From: Rhina ancylostomus | Taxonomy: Eukaryota | Assembly: GCA_030265395.1 (NCBI GenBank) | Contig: JARFYF010000118.1 | Location: 16,904,508 to 16,968,507, forward strand | Length of the DNA stretch: 64,000 nt | Direction: 5' to 3' | Part shown: positions 34,609-46,690 of the stretch, one piece after another | Position numbering within the stretch: position 1 is the first letter of the stretch | Layout: every line of letters starts with the position of its first letter | Notes under the pieces: model-generated | What the model was told of the DNA's origin: nothing | Database searches by the model: none | Seen by the model: the letters and a program-made list of their open reading frames with translations, nothing else | Made by a program: the position numbers and the translations under genes

Positions 34609-35554
34609 GTAACAAAGATAACTGACAAATGCTACTGAATGTACAGACTGCAGAAAATAAAAACAAAAAAATGACTGACCAACAACTAGCTGCACTTTAA
34701 CAATACATTTAACCTAGTAGTGTTCATAATTCTTCACTGAGGTGAAACCACATGATAGAAGAGAGGTGGCAGGCTCAGAAGTAGACTTTGAAATGTTTTT
34801 GAAGAAGAAAACACAGCTAAATAGTTTTAGCGACAACATATCAGTGTGTAAAAAGATAGCTGGTGACTCCGCCATTAAAAGGTCAATGGATTGTTGGGGA
34901 ATGCAAACAACACTAAAGTTATAACAGTGGAAGAAGTGCACCATCATGTAAGACTGAAATATATTCATAAAATGCGGAATGGTAAGGCCACAGACAAATG
35001 AAGAAAACTGAAAATTATCCTGCATTCAACTCTCTGGAAACCAATAAAGAAGTCATGAGGTCAAGAGTGGCAAGGAAACAAAACTGAGCATGACCTGTGT
35101 GGGTGGTAGATTGTTAGACAAATTAAAGCTTATGCAGGACAAGCCAACAGGAAAAATGTTGGAGAGGTTGGAATCATAGAGGGTAGAAAGCAGAGGTAGG
35201 GTGTATACAAAGGCAAAGAGGTGATCTCAGTGAAGGGCATAGCAGAGTCAAACAGAGTAATGAAGTTGAACACAACCGGGTCTATGTGGAGATGAGAATG
35301 AATATTTGGTAAGAATGGAAGAGTAGAGCTTCAGTCTGGGTGATAATAAACTCAGGAGATTTCCATTGTGTGAGGAGGGATGTGCTGGCTGCAACAGGAT
35401 AGAAAAGAGTGGGAAAGTTATAGATGTGAACAACAGAAGCAGAATGATGACTGTGGTTGGTTCTTAACAGAGAGGTGGAATAAAGGAGCAATAGCTCACC
35501 AGTTACAATCAGGAACAATTCTGGACATCAGGGGAACCAAGCCGATCTGGGTTT

Positions 35555-35682
35555 AGTGCAGGAAAACGGTGGTGCACTACTTCCAGTGTAGAGGTAAAAG
35601 ATCAGCCATGAATGCATTGAAAGTCGGAGCAAACAAGAGAAGCCAAATAGCCTATTCCTACTTCTATTTCCTATCTTATGTG
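35555..35682 (+). mobile_element. CR1 3' end remnant
   Basis: 'gaggtaaaagatcagccatg...gccaaatagcctattcctacttctatttcctat'. Confidence 0.7.
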
Positions 35683-36994
35683 TAGGTCGCAGAATATATT
35701 AATAAGATGACTGATTGAGTACTTTTTTAATATTTAGGAATATTCGGAATTTTACAAGAACATCACAATGACTTTCACCTTTAAGTTACTTGAATCATTT
35801 AATAATGATGGTTCCCTGCACAATATGTTCTGTTGAGTGCCTTGAGGCATTATTTTCTGGTGAGAATTTTTAATGGATCCTTTCTAATTATTTGGAATTT
35901 CTGCAATGTTCCATGTGAAGCTAAACATCTTATCTTGTTCGCTGATGACTCCTCAGTGTCCTGGGAACAGCACACTGCTCTTAAGCACCATTGCAACTTG
36001 AATAATGGATATTTATTTCTTTCATTAAACAACTCAAGGTAGCTTACTTACAAAGTTCAAGGCGCAGTATGAGCTTCTTAAACCACACACAGGGGGCAGA
36101 TTGAAATTCCCAGAATCTCAGAACTCGACGTTGTAAAAGTTATTTAGATCATCTGTAAAAATCTGCAAAGCTTTGGTATTTCCTTTGGTTTAAATAGTGA
36201 AATATACCAGTACAGGACTTACTGAGAGAGAGTTCACTTTGCATCTGTTGCTCTGTCCTTCACTACATTCCACATTGAATCCAACAACGAAGCCCAGTTT
36301 TGTCGGGATTCCTCAGTATTACACACAGGATTCCGTCTCTCCAATTGCAGGTCAGTCAGACCTGGTATAGGATACGAGACCCCATTCATTTCAATGGAGA
36401 ATGGGGAACATAAGTTATTTTTCATTTTTTAATCAAGATTTTACTAATGTGTGTTTAATCAATGCCATTATTTTAAAACTTTGTTTAAAATATTTATGGT
36501 CATTTTAATAGATTTAAATATCTTTGACTATCAGACATTTAAAAAATGGTGTAATAATAACCTTATGAACCTCAATTGGAGGCAAGGCTCCACCACAACC
36601 TTGCATTCCATCAAAGGTTATCAGGCCATGCTGGATACAGGGCTTTATCAGTTTGCCACCCAAGGCCTAATCACCACTGAGGCCTAGCTACGCCTCACTG
36701 GAGAACTCTCAGGTACAGAAGATCAAAAAGATGAGCCCTTTGCACCCAGCCCACGCAAGTGTTGGTGGGCAGGATCTGAGGGCAGCATGATGTATACAGC
36801 ATGATTCTGTCCAGTGGTAACTCACCTAACTTTCATTTAGAAGCACACAGGACAGCTTTTGGCAGAAGCAAACTCTACTTTCATTGACACAGAAACTTTG
36901 CATTTGACAGCACTATAAGTGTCAATGTGACTCATCTGATGCTGTCATTATCTAATTTGATAGTTAGCAATGTCAGTTTCATTCTAGAATTTCA

Positions 36995-37210
36995 TTAGAT
37001 AATCTAGGATGACACTTAAGTACAGGGCTGAGGATGTGCTGTTGTCACATTTGTCATCTTTCAATCATGTTAAACTGAGTTCTGTCTGTTGGTTCAAATG
37101 GATACAAATATAATAAATGGCACTGTTTTCCTCCAAAAACAGAATTACAGGTGTCTTCTGATTAACAAAGAGATTAGGTTCCTAACAAGATCTTTGTTAT
37201 GCAAAAATTT
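36995..37210 (+). mobile_element. Degenerate Deu-SINE (SacSINE1/AmnSINE1-like)
   Basis: 'ataatctaggatgacacttaagtacagggctgagg...tgttaaactgag..ctgtctg'. Confidence 0.5.
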
Positions 37211-37429
37211 GTATTGTGGGAAGTAGAGAGAACCCTTAACTTTCCCTAGGGATACCAGTTGCTGTGGATGGTTAGAAGTCAAAAGCTAGTCTCTCTCCGC
37301 CATGTAAGTATGTGGTAAATGAAAAGCAAACCATGCTTGTTTTTACAAGCTGAATCATAAAAGTTGAAATTTACAAGTCATTGGCCATTGTTTGCCTGAT
37401 AAAAGAGGGCATGTGCTCAAGAGAGTTCA

Positions 37430-37960
37430 GACTCTTTGGCCAGCCATGTCCATTCTAATCTTTTTGCCCATCTACGATAATCCCATTTGCCTGCATTAGG
37501 TTCATATCCTTCTAAACCTTGCCAATTTAAGTGCCTGTCTAAATGCCTCTTAAATATAATGGTTGTATCTGACTCCAGTACCTTCTCTGGCAGTATGTTC
37601 CAGATATCAACCACACTCTGTGTAAGAAAAAACTTTCCCTTCAATTCCCATTTGAAACTCCTTCCTCTCATGTTAAACCTATGCCCTCTTGTTTTTGACA
37701 CCCCGAACATAGGAAAAAGATTGTGATCATCGACCCTATCTATGCCTCTTATAATTTTAGACACCTCTATCAGGACAACTATCAGCTTCCTTCACTCCAG
37801 GAAAACAAACCCAGGCTATCCCATCTCTGCTTATAAATAAAGTCCTCCAATCCAGACAATGGCCTGGTGAATCTCCTCTGCACTCTCTCTAGTGCAACCA
37901 CATTCTTCCTATAGTGCGGCAACGAAGATTGCACAATCTTTAAACTGCGTTTTAACCAGT
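37430..37960 (-). mobile_element. CR1 LINE 3' fragment
   Basis: ORF 37417..37764(-) KIIRGIDRVDDHNLFPMFGVSKTRGHRFNMRG..FLTQSVVDIWNILP..FKRHLDRHLN. Confidence 0.92.
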
Positions 37961-38057
37961 ATCACAGGCTCCTTCCCATTGACCTGATCAGAAAAGACCG
38001 TTAAACATTTTTGGTTTTCATGGATCCATGTTTGAAAGATAGTCTCCAAATGAGTTC

Positions 38058-38347
38058 AATAAACAAAAAGTGCTGGAGGAACTCAGCAGGTCAGGCAGCA
38101 TCAATGGAGGGAAATAAACAGTCAATGTTTCGGGCTGAGACCTTTCATCAGGACTGGAAAGGAAGAGGACAGAAGCCAGAATAAGAAGGTGGGGAGAGGA
38201 GGGGCTTCTGCCCTCTTCCTTTCCAGTCCTGATGAAGTGTCTCGACCTGAAATGTCAACTGGTTATTTCCCTGCCTGATCTGCTGAGTTCCTCCAGCACT
38301 TTTTGTGTATTGCTCCAGATTCCAGCATCTGCAGAAATTTTTGTGTT
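38058..38347. mobile_element. PLE-derived fold-back element with a hammerhead core in each arm and a 13-bp TSD
   Basis: Inverted arms about 38064-38177 and 38204-38305; cores at 38119-38156(-) and 38224-38261(+); tccaaatg(a/t)gttc at 38045-38057 and 38348-38360. Confidence 0.88.
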
Positions 38348-39324
38348 TCCAAATGTGTTCCCTGCCATTGACTGTAGCAAATAAAACTTTTGTGAAGTGA
38401 CAAATTAAAGTAAATGAAACCCTTTGTTGTGAAGATTCATTATGTGAATGTTCACTAACAGTGGAGACATATATATTCCTTTCACTTCTATTAAAAGGTT
38501 ACTAATTGAACATGTCAACTTTCCTTCTCTCTCTCCACAGGCACCACCTGATTTGCTGGATATTTTCATCCATTACTGCTTTTATTTCCGATTTTTAACA
38601 TCATTACGTCTTTTTTTCACATTTATTTTGTGTAGATTTATTGACATTTGCTGTGTGCAAGTAGTTGCTTGACTTGCCTCCAGAACATTGGTAATTACAT
38701 TTGAAAAGTAATTCACTAGATGTGAAGCTATTAAAGATACCAGTAAAGGAATTCTTCCACGTGTGAAATAGCATGTTAATCGGGGCCCTGCACCATTGCA
38801 TTTAGAATTACACGTGCTACAAGCAAAATTGCGCAGGAAGCATGAACCTTAATGTGCAATCTGCCACTGTGATAGAAGTTCTAAGACCAGCAGTGGGAAA
38901 TGTTATTTTGAATAGTGGGACCAAATTGGATGAGCTTTGAGCAAAAGGGCACCAACAACTGATTTTTTTAGTTCAGTAATTATACATAAGGGCAGAAAAA
39001 AACTTTGGGGTAAGCAAAATAATGTCTCAATAAAATCCATGTTTGTTCCTTCTCTGTACAAGGAAGCCCAAAGAGTGAATCATTTTTAACATGATAAAAA
39101 ATGTCAAAAAGTGTTTGTCCTGGAAGCAAATCCGGTACAGTGTGCATATCAGTAATTTACTATAATTTCCTCCACATCCTGAAAAAGAATAATTATCTTG
39201 CAGTCAAAAATTAAGTACTTGAACACATCTGTCCACCTAGCTTGTTAAATGCTAAATATTTGAGGTTATGGAAGACTGCATGAGTCAGACACTTGTTGAT
39301 TTCATTCACATATGAGAGACACAA

Positions 39325-39685
39325 GCAAAAATAATCCATCTGACACTCCAGTTTAGTATTGAGGTAGTAAACCATCAGGTGGCTTGTCATTTGATGAGAT
39401 GAAAACTGTGGTCCTATCTGCTCTCTCGGATGGAGAGATAAGAGATGGCATCTTAGCAGGGGAACTATCCCTAGTTTCCTGACCAATATTTATCCCTCAT
39501 CCACATCATGAAAAGGAACAGATTGCCTAGGCATTATCATGTTTCAATTTGTGGGATCCTGCTGTGCACAACTTGGCTGCCCTCTGTTCAGTGGCTATTT
39601 TTCAAGAGCACTTCACTGCCTGCAAACAATTATGGATTCCCAACATTGCAAAAAGAACTAATGCACATATAAATCTTTTCTTTTA
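39325..39685 (+). mobile_element. Deu-SINE (SacSINE1/AmnSINE1-like)
   Basis: Deu-domain blocks 'ctgacactccagtttagtattgagg', 'agcaggggaactatccctagtttcctgaccaatatttatccctca', 'ttgtgggatcctgctgtgcacaacttggctgcc'. Confidence 0.85.
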
Positions 39686-40124
39686 AATGCTTAAATTAAG
39701 CACAATGCCACAAAAACATCGCACATCATATCATCACGGTGCAATCAACGTCACTGTGTTCTGCCTGTTCTCTCTCCCCAAAGATGAAGTGAATTTAACC
39801 CTGCTGGATGGAGCTAGAGAATTTGGAGAGGACATTATTTCTTCTCAATTGCCTTTGTGCCAAAAATCTGAAAAAAACTAGAATACTCTTTCCAGCAAAA
39901 ATAATTCAATGAGATGGAGAAGTACACCCAGAGTATCATTCACAGTCTATAAATTTATCCCCTTCAAAGTCTTGAGAATGCTGATTCACCCTGGGGCATA
40001 GTTCCAAAGGTTTCCTGTGCTTTGATTAAATGGCATGGCCAATATATCCCTTTCTTTAGATAGTGGCCAAAAGAAAAGGCAGGGAGCATGTGTGAAGAGT
40101 CAAATATTATCGCCACTTGATCTG

Positions 40125-41228
40125 TATGCAGGTGAGAGTCTGGATATCCTGTGGCAAGTACTTACCTCCTGACTCTCTTCCACAGCGACAAGGCACATAT
40201 CACAAGTGTGATGGATTACTGTCCAGCCGCCTGGATGAATGCCATTCTAACACTCAAGGAGCTCATTACTGTCCAGGCATCCGGGGAAGGTTGTCCACTT
40301 GATTGGCACCCTATCCATCATACTAAGCATTCAGTTATTCCACTACTTTTTGTAGTGGAATTCATCGCATTGTAGGGAAGGGTGTGGAGGTTTGGAGACA
40401 ATGCAGAAAAGGTTTACCAGACGACTGCCTAGATTAGAGGGCATGTGGTATAATGAGAGGTTGGACAAACTTGGGGTTGTTTTCTCTGGAGCGGCAGAGG
40501 CTGAGGGGAGACCTGACAGAAGTTTACCAGATCATGAGAGGCATACAGAAGACAGCCAGAATCTTTTTCCCAGGGTTGAAATGTCTAATACTAGAGGGCA
40601 TGCATTTAAGGTGAGAGTGGAGTAAGTTCAAAGAAAATGTGCGAGGCAAGTTTTTTACACAGAGAGTGGTGGGTATGGAATGTGCTGCCAGGGGTGGTTG
40701 TGGAGGCAAATACAATGAGGCATTTAAGAGGCCCTTAGATAGGCACATGAATGAGCAGAGAATGGAGGGATATGGACATTGCATAGGCAGAAGGGATTAG
40801 TTTAGTTAGGGGTTTAATAACTAGTTTAATTAGTTCGGCACAACTTCGTGGGCCAAAGGGCCTGTCCCTGTGATGTACTGTTCTATGTACTTCAGCAGCA
40901 TGACTGTGTGTGTCCCATCTACAAAATAACCCCTGTTACTCTGACAGCAGAACACACGACTTTTACTATTAAGAAGGACAACAGCAACAGCACATGGGAA
41001 CATCATCACTGGCAGGTTCCCTCCAAGTCGCACATTATCCTAAGTCATAAAATAACCGCGGGCCTTCCTTGTCACTAGATCTAAATCCTGGATCTATCTA
41101 CCAGAATTGTGGGAGTACCTTCACCAGAGGATCAAATAGATTGCTTGCCTTTACCTTCTCAAGGGCAAGAGGAATGGTCACTCAATATTGGCCTTGCAAT
41201 GCTTACCTCCTGCACATGAGTGAAAAAA
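40125..41228 (+). mobile_element. Old CR1/L2-group LINE 3' part, split by a younger CR1
   Basis: DKAHITSVMDYCPAAWMNA..TLKELITVQ (resembling YKAQVRSVMEYSPLAW); resumes at about 40890; 3' end 'ttctcaagggcaa..ggccttgc' resembles the LF-SINE tail. Confidence 0.7.
40352..40888 (+). mobile_element. CR1 LINE 3' fragment
   Basis: ETMQKRFTRRLPRLEGMWYNERLDKLG..LFPRVEMSNTRGHAFKV; ends 'gtactgttctatg'. Confidence 0.92.
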
Positions 41229-41486
41229 TGTCTCGCTTTTGCACAGGAGTGAGAATCCTGCCAGAAGCTTTGGTGCCACAGGGTCATCGAGTCACACTGA
41301 GATGTGGCAAGGAAACAGGGCCTTTAGCTCACCCAGTCTCCACTAACCATCAGCCATCCATTTGAACAAATCCTACATTAATTCAATTTCTTTTTATTTC
41401 TAATATTTTTAGAAAGCAAACTGCAACAGGTCAATTCAATTGTGTGGCAGTCTGGACTTGCTAACAAACCACCAACAAAATACAAG

Positions 41487-41832
41487 AGTCATAGAACCAT
41501 ACAGGATGGAGACAGGCCCGATGGACCAACTGGTCCAAGACAACCAAGATTCCCATCTAAGCTAGTCCCATTTGCCTGCGTTTGGCCCATGTCCCTCAGA
41601 ACCTTTCCTATCCATGTACCTGTCCAAGTACCTTTTAAATGTTGTTAATGTACCAGCCTCAACCACTTCCTCCGGCAGCTCATTCCATATACTGACCACT
41701 CTCTAGGTGAAGAAATTGCTCCTCCGATTCCTATTAAATCTCTCCCCTCTCACCTTAAACCTATGCATTCTAGTTCTTGATTCCCTAACTCTGGGAAAAA
41801 GACTGTGTGCATTGACCCTATCTATTTCCCTC
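41487..41832 (-). mobile_element. CR1 LINE 3' end
   Basis: 'gagtcatagaaccatacagg...ccttaaacctatgcattctagttcttgattccc', same subfamily as 5883-6578. Confidence 0.9.
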
Positions 41833-42699
41833 AGAGTTTAGGACTGCCCTAAACTTTAACAGCATCATAATGCCTTTAACCACTTCATCAGGAGTTGTCT
41901 GTCTCCTTTTTGCATGTCATGTGATATTTTTATATTGCTGAGACTGTAGGAATTTCCAATATAACAAGATACTTCATTTTATAACAGGGCTAACAGGGGA
42001 AGTCAGATGCAGTGTATGAGATATTATACACCAGCCATTAGAATCTATTCTGTCCACTATCAAATTACTTCAGGTAAACAATTGTACTGACGGTGTTGGA
42101 GACAAAATGCCGCTCTTCAAATTTGTTCACTTATTTCTTAATCACTGTAAGCTGTTGAATTTGATTCACCTGGTGCCCTCAATACCCTCTCCAATTACGT
42201 AACCAGACTCTTGTATTTGCTAAAGTACATCAGAACAAATAATAAAAAAAACACTTCAAAAACAACTGCAACAAACCATACAACAATATTCTGTACTGCC
42301 AACTGCTGTGGGCTAATGCATTGCTATCGGGATATGAAGCTGCCATCTTTCAGTGACAGCTCAGATTAAAGAGTGAGAAAGATGAGGCCAATTACAAGGA
42401 ACTTTTAAATGGTTAAACAAACCCAATAAGAAAGCAGAATGGGTTGTACGCTTTCCACTTTTAGCTCTTTGCAAGTCACAGATCGGCGCAACAGAAAGCA
42501 AATAGGAAATTGATCAATTGCATTTAAGACCTGTCATCTTGTGGATGATTTGTTCCACACCTATTCCCCCTTCTTTAAGGTGTCCTGCAATTTACAAAAA
42601 TAAAATGTCAAATTTACTATTCTCTTATGTTACCTAGGTGAGGGTTGCACAACAACATCAGCAGGACACTCAGCCACTCTTGTCTAATTTGTTACTAAC

Positions 42700-44225
42700 C
42701 TAATTTAGTCACCATTTCTCAATATCATCTTGGCCTCCTTAACTGAGAAGAACTTATTGAACTCAGTCAAAGACCTGACATCCACAGTTTTATTTTTGAG
42801 GATCAAGTTCCAGCTTTCAGTGGTAATCGAAAAGCAAAGTACATCAGATATCCACTGACTTATTGTGTGAAAAAGTGCTCCTGACAAGTCCTCCCAAATG
42901 GCTTGGTACTAATTTTAATGTAATGTCTCCTTGTTCTGGATTCCACAGGGCAAAAAAAGACTCACTTTTAACCTCTGAAACCTGTCAGTCATTCTGACCA
43001 TTTCAAATGAATCACCTTTCAACTTTCTAAACTCAAGGAAATAAAAGCCATTTATGTGACTTACTCTCATATTTCAACCCTTCATCATTCCATGGAATAT
43101 ACATGACTCCTGCTTCAATTCCAATATTTCTTTATCAAGGAGCAGATCCCAAGGTCGAAACTGGTACCTGTATGAGTTTGAATAAGGGTCCATGGAGCAG
43201 ACGCATCGCTTTTTCACTTTAGTATTCCAATCACCATATATGATTATGTACAGTTCTGTAGTGTAGCGGTTATCGTAATACTTTACAGCGCCAGCGACCC
43301 GGGTTCAAATCTGGCCACCGTCTGTAAAGAGTTTGTACATTCTCCCCGTGTCTGTGTGGGTTTCCTCCGGGTGCTCTGGTTTCCTCCCACATTCCAAAGA
43401 CATACAGGTTAGGAAGTTGTGGGCCTGCTATGTTGGCGCTGGAAGTGTGGCGACACTTGCAGGCTGTGCCCAGAACACTATGTAAAAAGATGTATTTCAC
43501 TGTGTGTTTCGATGTACATGTGACTAGTAAAGATATCTTAGATTAAAAACAATATTGCAGATGTTAGAAAATAAAAACACGAGAGCTTAAAATGCTCCAA
43601 GGCAGGTCATCATCCATGTAGAGGGGAGCAGCTGTATTTTTTTAGTTCTGTGGCCTTCCACCAAACTCTTTGAGATAAAGACCAACCTTCCTCTTTGACT
43701 GCTTTTTGAAATTCACATTAACTTATTCTAATTTTTGTGCATTGAATCTTAAATCCCATCCCTTTGATAATCTAAAGAGAATGATCTCATAATTATGAAG
43801 TATTCCATCTTTTGTTGTTAATTCCACTCACTATGGATACTGGCAATGCCTTTAAACTTTTTGGTCTTGTGTACAAAACTTACATGCCCTAGCCTCGTGT
43901 CTTTATTTATACATCCAAGATATTAATATACATTGTGAAAGGATAAGGGTCCAACACACATCAATGGATAAATGTTTCTTGTACCATCCATTCAATATGA
44001 AATCTTTCCTTTATCTGTCTCCTCTGTCTTCTACTTCACAACCAACTGCTGACCTCTGATGCAATACTACTTCCAATTTCCTGTACTTTCAAGTTTGTTA
44101 AGAATCTGTTACAGACCTTTGTCATAAATATGGAACTTAATATCATTCAACAGTCTTATGGCCTCCTTAGAAAATTTATTTTGACCGAATGAGGCATGAC
44201 TTTCTTTGATTGGATCATACCTGTC
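42700..44225 (-). mobile_element. Very degenerate CR1 LINE interrupted by a SINE and a PLE tail
   Basis: 'tattccaatcacc' [inserts] 'tttgagataaagaccaac' junction; RT remnants 'ataagggtccaacac' and 'ctctgtcttctac...aacca'. Confidence 0.55.
43256..43543 (+). mobile_element. Young full-length tRNA-headed SINE with non-CR1 tail
   Basis: A-box-like 'tagtgtagcgg', B box 'ggttcaaatc', V-core 'gagtttgtacattctccccgtgtctgtgtgggtttcctccgggtgctctggtttcctcccaca', many CpGs retained. Confidence 0.92.
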
Positions 44226-44414
44226 CAAATACAGCTGGGTAAAACACACCATTATGTCATGTAATGTAGACTACACCGTTAACCAAATTTAAAAAAAAAC
44301 AGTTTTAAAAGAGGATAACACTATACGCTGTTTATTTTATATAAATCTGGATTGGCACTAATGACATTCCTTTCCATTGCTTTTGTACGAAAGTAAAAAT
44401 ATCCCTCATCTGTC

Positions 44415-44584
44415 CAGCAACATCTGTGGAGGGAAATGGACAGTTGATGTTTCAGGTCGAGACTCTTCATCTGGACTTGATATGTTGATTGACCATTTCC
44501 CTCCACAGCTGCTATCTGGCCCGTTGAGTTCCTCCAGCATCTAGTTTGCTGCTCCAGATCCCAGCATCGGCAGCCTCTTATGTC
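44415..44584. mobile_element. PLE-derived fold-back insertion with perfect 13-bp TSD
   Basis: Arms 'ctgtggagggaaatgg' and 'ccatttccctccacag'; tccctcatctgtc at 44402-44414 and 44585-44597. Confidence 0.88.
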
Positions 44585-46576
44585 TCCCTCATCTGTCTGC
44601 CTTTTCACCACAGTTAATAATTCTTAAAAGGTGAATGCCTTGTTTTTTATCTTCTTCTTGGGAAGATCAGTTTTAAGATATTTCTACGTTAAAGATATAC
44701 ACCAGACCCCTGCCTCACACAAACAGATGAGGGATTCTCTTTCTAATGCTGGTTGATGATCAAGACCACAGGAAGAACTTTTGTCCCGAGCCAGATACCT
44801 GCAAATTTTAACCCCACACCAGGACTTAACCACTAAAACTTGGCAAGCACTTTGACACAGTTCTTGGTGAAAACCACGTTGCTGGGTGAATCACCTTGTA
44901 TTTGAGACAGCAAAAGATAATATGAACTGTGGTAACTCAGACAGGCTCCTAAAACCTCCAGGCATTATTTTTTAAAAAAGCAGAGGATCCCAGATCAGCA
45001 GTACTCCCCCAGCCAACTCCAACACAAACAGACTAACTGGCCACTTGCCTTTTGACGATTGGTGGGAATTTGCAGGTGACCCCATTTCAAAGTAATTCAT
45101 GTGTGAGGTGCTCCTGTTCTTTTGGGTTTAGAGTAATTTAATCACTTACACATACAATTCAGTAAAAGTTTGTCTGATAAAGTATAACAAATTCGGGGTG
45201 GAGACTTAAACAAGAACAACAGAGAAAGGTGATTTGCAAAGAACCATCAGACTACAGCTACTCAAACTAGACTTGAAACTGAGTGAAAATGGTTGAACAT
45301 AAGGCTGCACAGCAGAGCTCTGTAACCAGGATTATGTGGGATTATGTCAACAATTAATTACTTTAAAAGATGGGGCTGCCATCTGTCTTAAGGTAAATAT
45401 TTATCATGCATATCACTCACCTCCATCCTCCTTTAGAGAGTAACATTTTACATTTAAGAGCTAACACTATAAGAAGGGAGCCACACTGCAGGTTTTGTTT
45501 ATTTTGGTATCTAGCTAATTTCACGGCATACCTTTCTCGTCTGACATGAATCATATCCTTTCACATGTGGCAGTAAATCAGCGGAACGGAAGCGGGTGGA
45601 GGCAGTAGTTGTGTTATGACAGAGTTCTAATGTGTTTTAAGAATAATGGTTCCTATTACTACTGCCAGAGACTAAAATGCCACTCTTCAATCTCTGCCTG
45701 CACAACCAGCCAGGTACAAACTGATGATGCAAACAGTGCTCCACAAGTTGCAATGGGTTGTTGGTAGAGTGGTGCAAGGTAAACTGTTTTGAAATGTCTT
45801 TTCTTTCTATGACTCTGAGTTGGTCACATTGAGGGATAGCCCTATTGAGCAAAGAAAGCTTTGTTGCCAGTGAGGGCAGTCAAGCAAGTCCTAGGTCACA
45901 TGCAAGGTAGTTCAGAATAGGTCTAGGCCAGCTACTATAACTCTACTCCAGGTCAGTACTGCCAGCTTCATTCAGGTCACACTTCCATTCTCCACTGTTC
46001 AGCTTTCAAACTTCAGTAACATGAGCATCAATTATACACATTGACAGTTGGTAAGATTACTTCCTAGTGTAGTACCAGGAGAAACAAGCCAAGAATGTCC
46101 CAGATTCAATTCCCAGTCTGTGCTGAATTAGCTCTGCTCAGTGCAATTGCATTACAAGGCTTACAAGGGCATGAAATTTTAGGTTCAGGTTAAGGAGATA
46201 ACGGGTGTGGAAAGCAATAAGCGAGTTAGCTATGAAGGCAGAGAGTTAGGGTTGAGATCAAACAATAAAAAAACCCAGAATTATTCGGTCTATTGCTCTA
46301 AATTGTGAGATATTTATTAATTGCTATTCCAATAGAGTGAAATTCAAGCTACGTTGAACTGATTTTATTTTAAGTATAAATTAATTACAGAAGTCTGAAC
46401 AGGTTAATGGTATGCTGAAAACTTTGAAACAACTTTTAGTTTGCAGTACCTCAGTTTGCTTTCACTTGTACACCAGCACAAAAATATGGCAGCCCTAAAA
46501 GGACAGCACAGCCTCACCATGTTGCAATGGTGAGGGAATGATATCCTGTTACACCTGCCATATTTGAAATGAGTTA

Positions 46577-46690
46577 GAAACATAGAAAAACTACAGCACA
46601 ATTCAGGCCCTTCGGCCAACAAAGCTATGCCAAACATGTCCCTAACCTAGAAATTACTACGATAACCCATATACATCTATTTTACTTAGC
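46577..46690 (-). mobile_element. Young CR1 3' end running into a long N gap
   Basis: 'aaacatagaaaaactacagcacaattcaggccctt...aaacatgtccctaacctagaaattact' nearly identical to 17395-17475. Confidence 0.88.

Noticed and set aside
36083-36100. CTCF-like cacacagggggcag
   Set aside because: 5' half of the core mismatches the consensus; single weak motif
43256-43320. tRNA gene
   Set aside because: The A/B boxes belong to a SINE head continuing into the V-core; no complete cloverleaf
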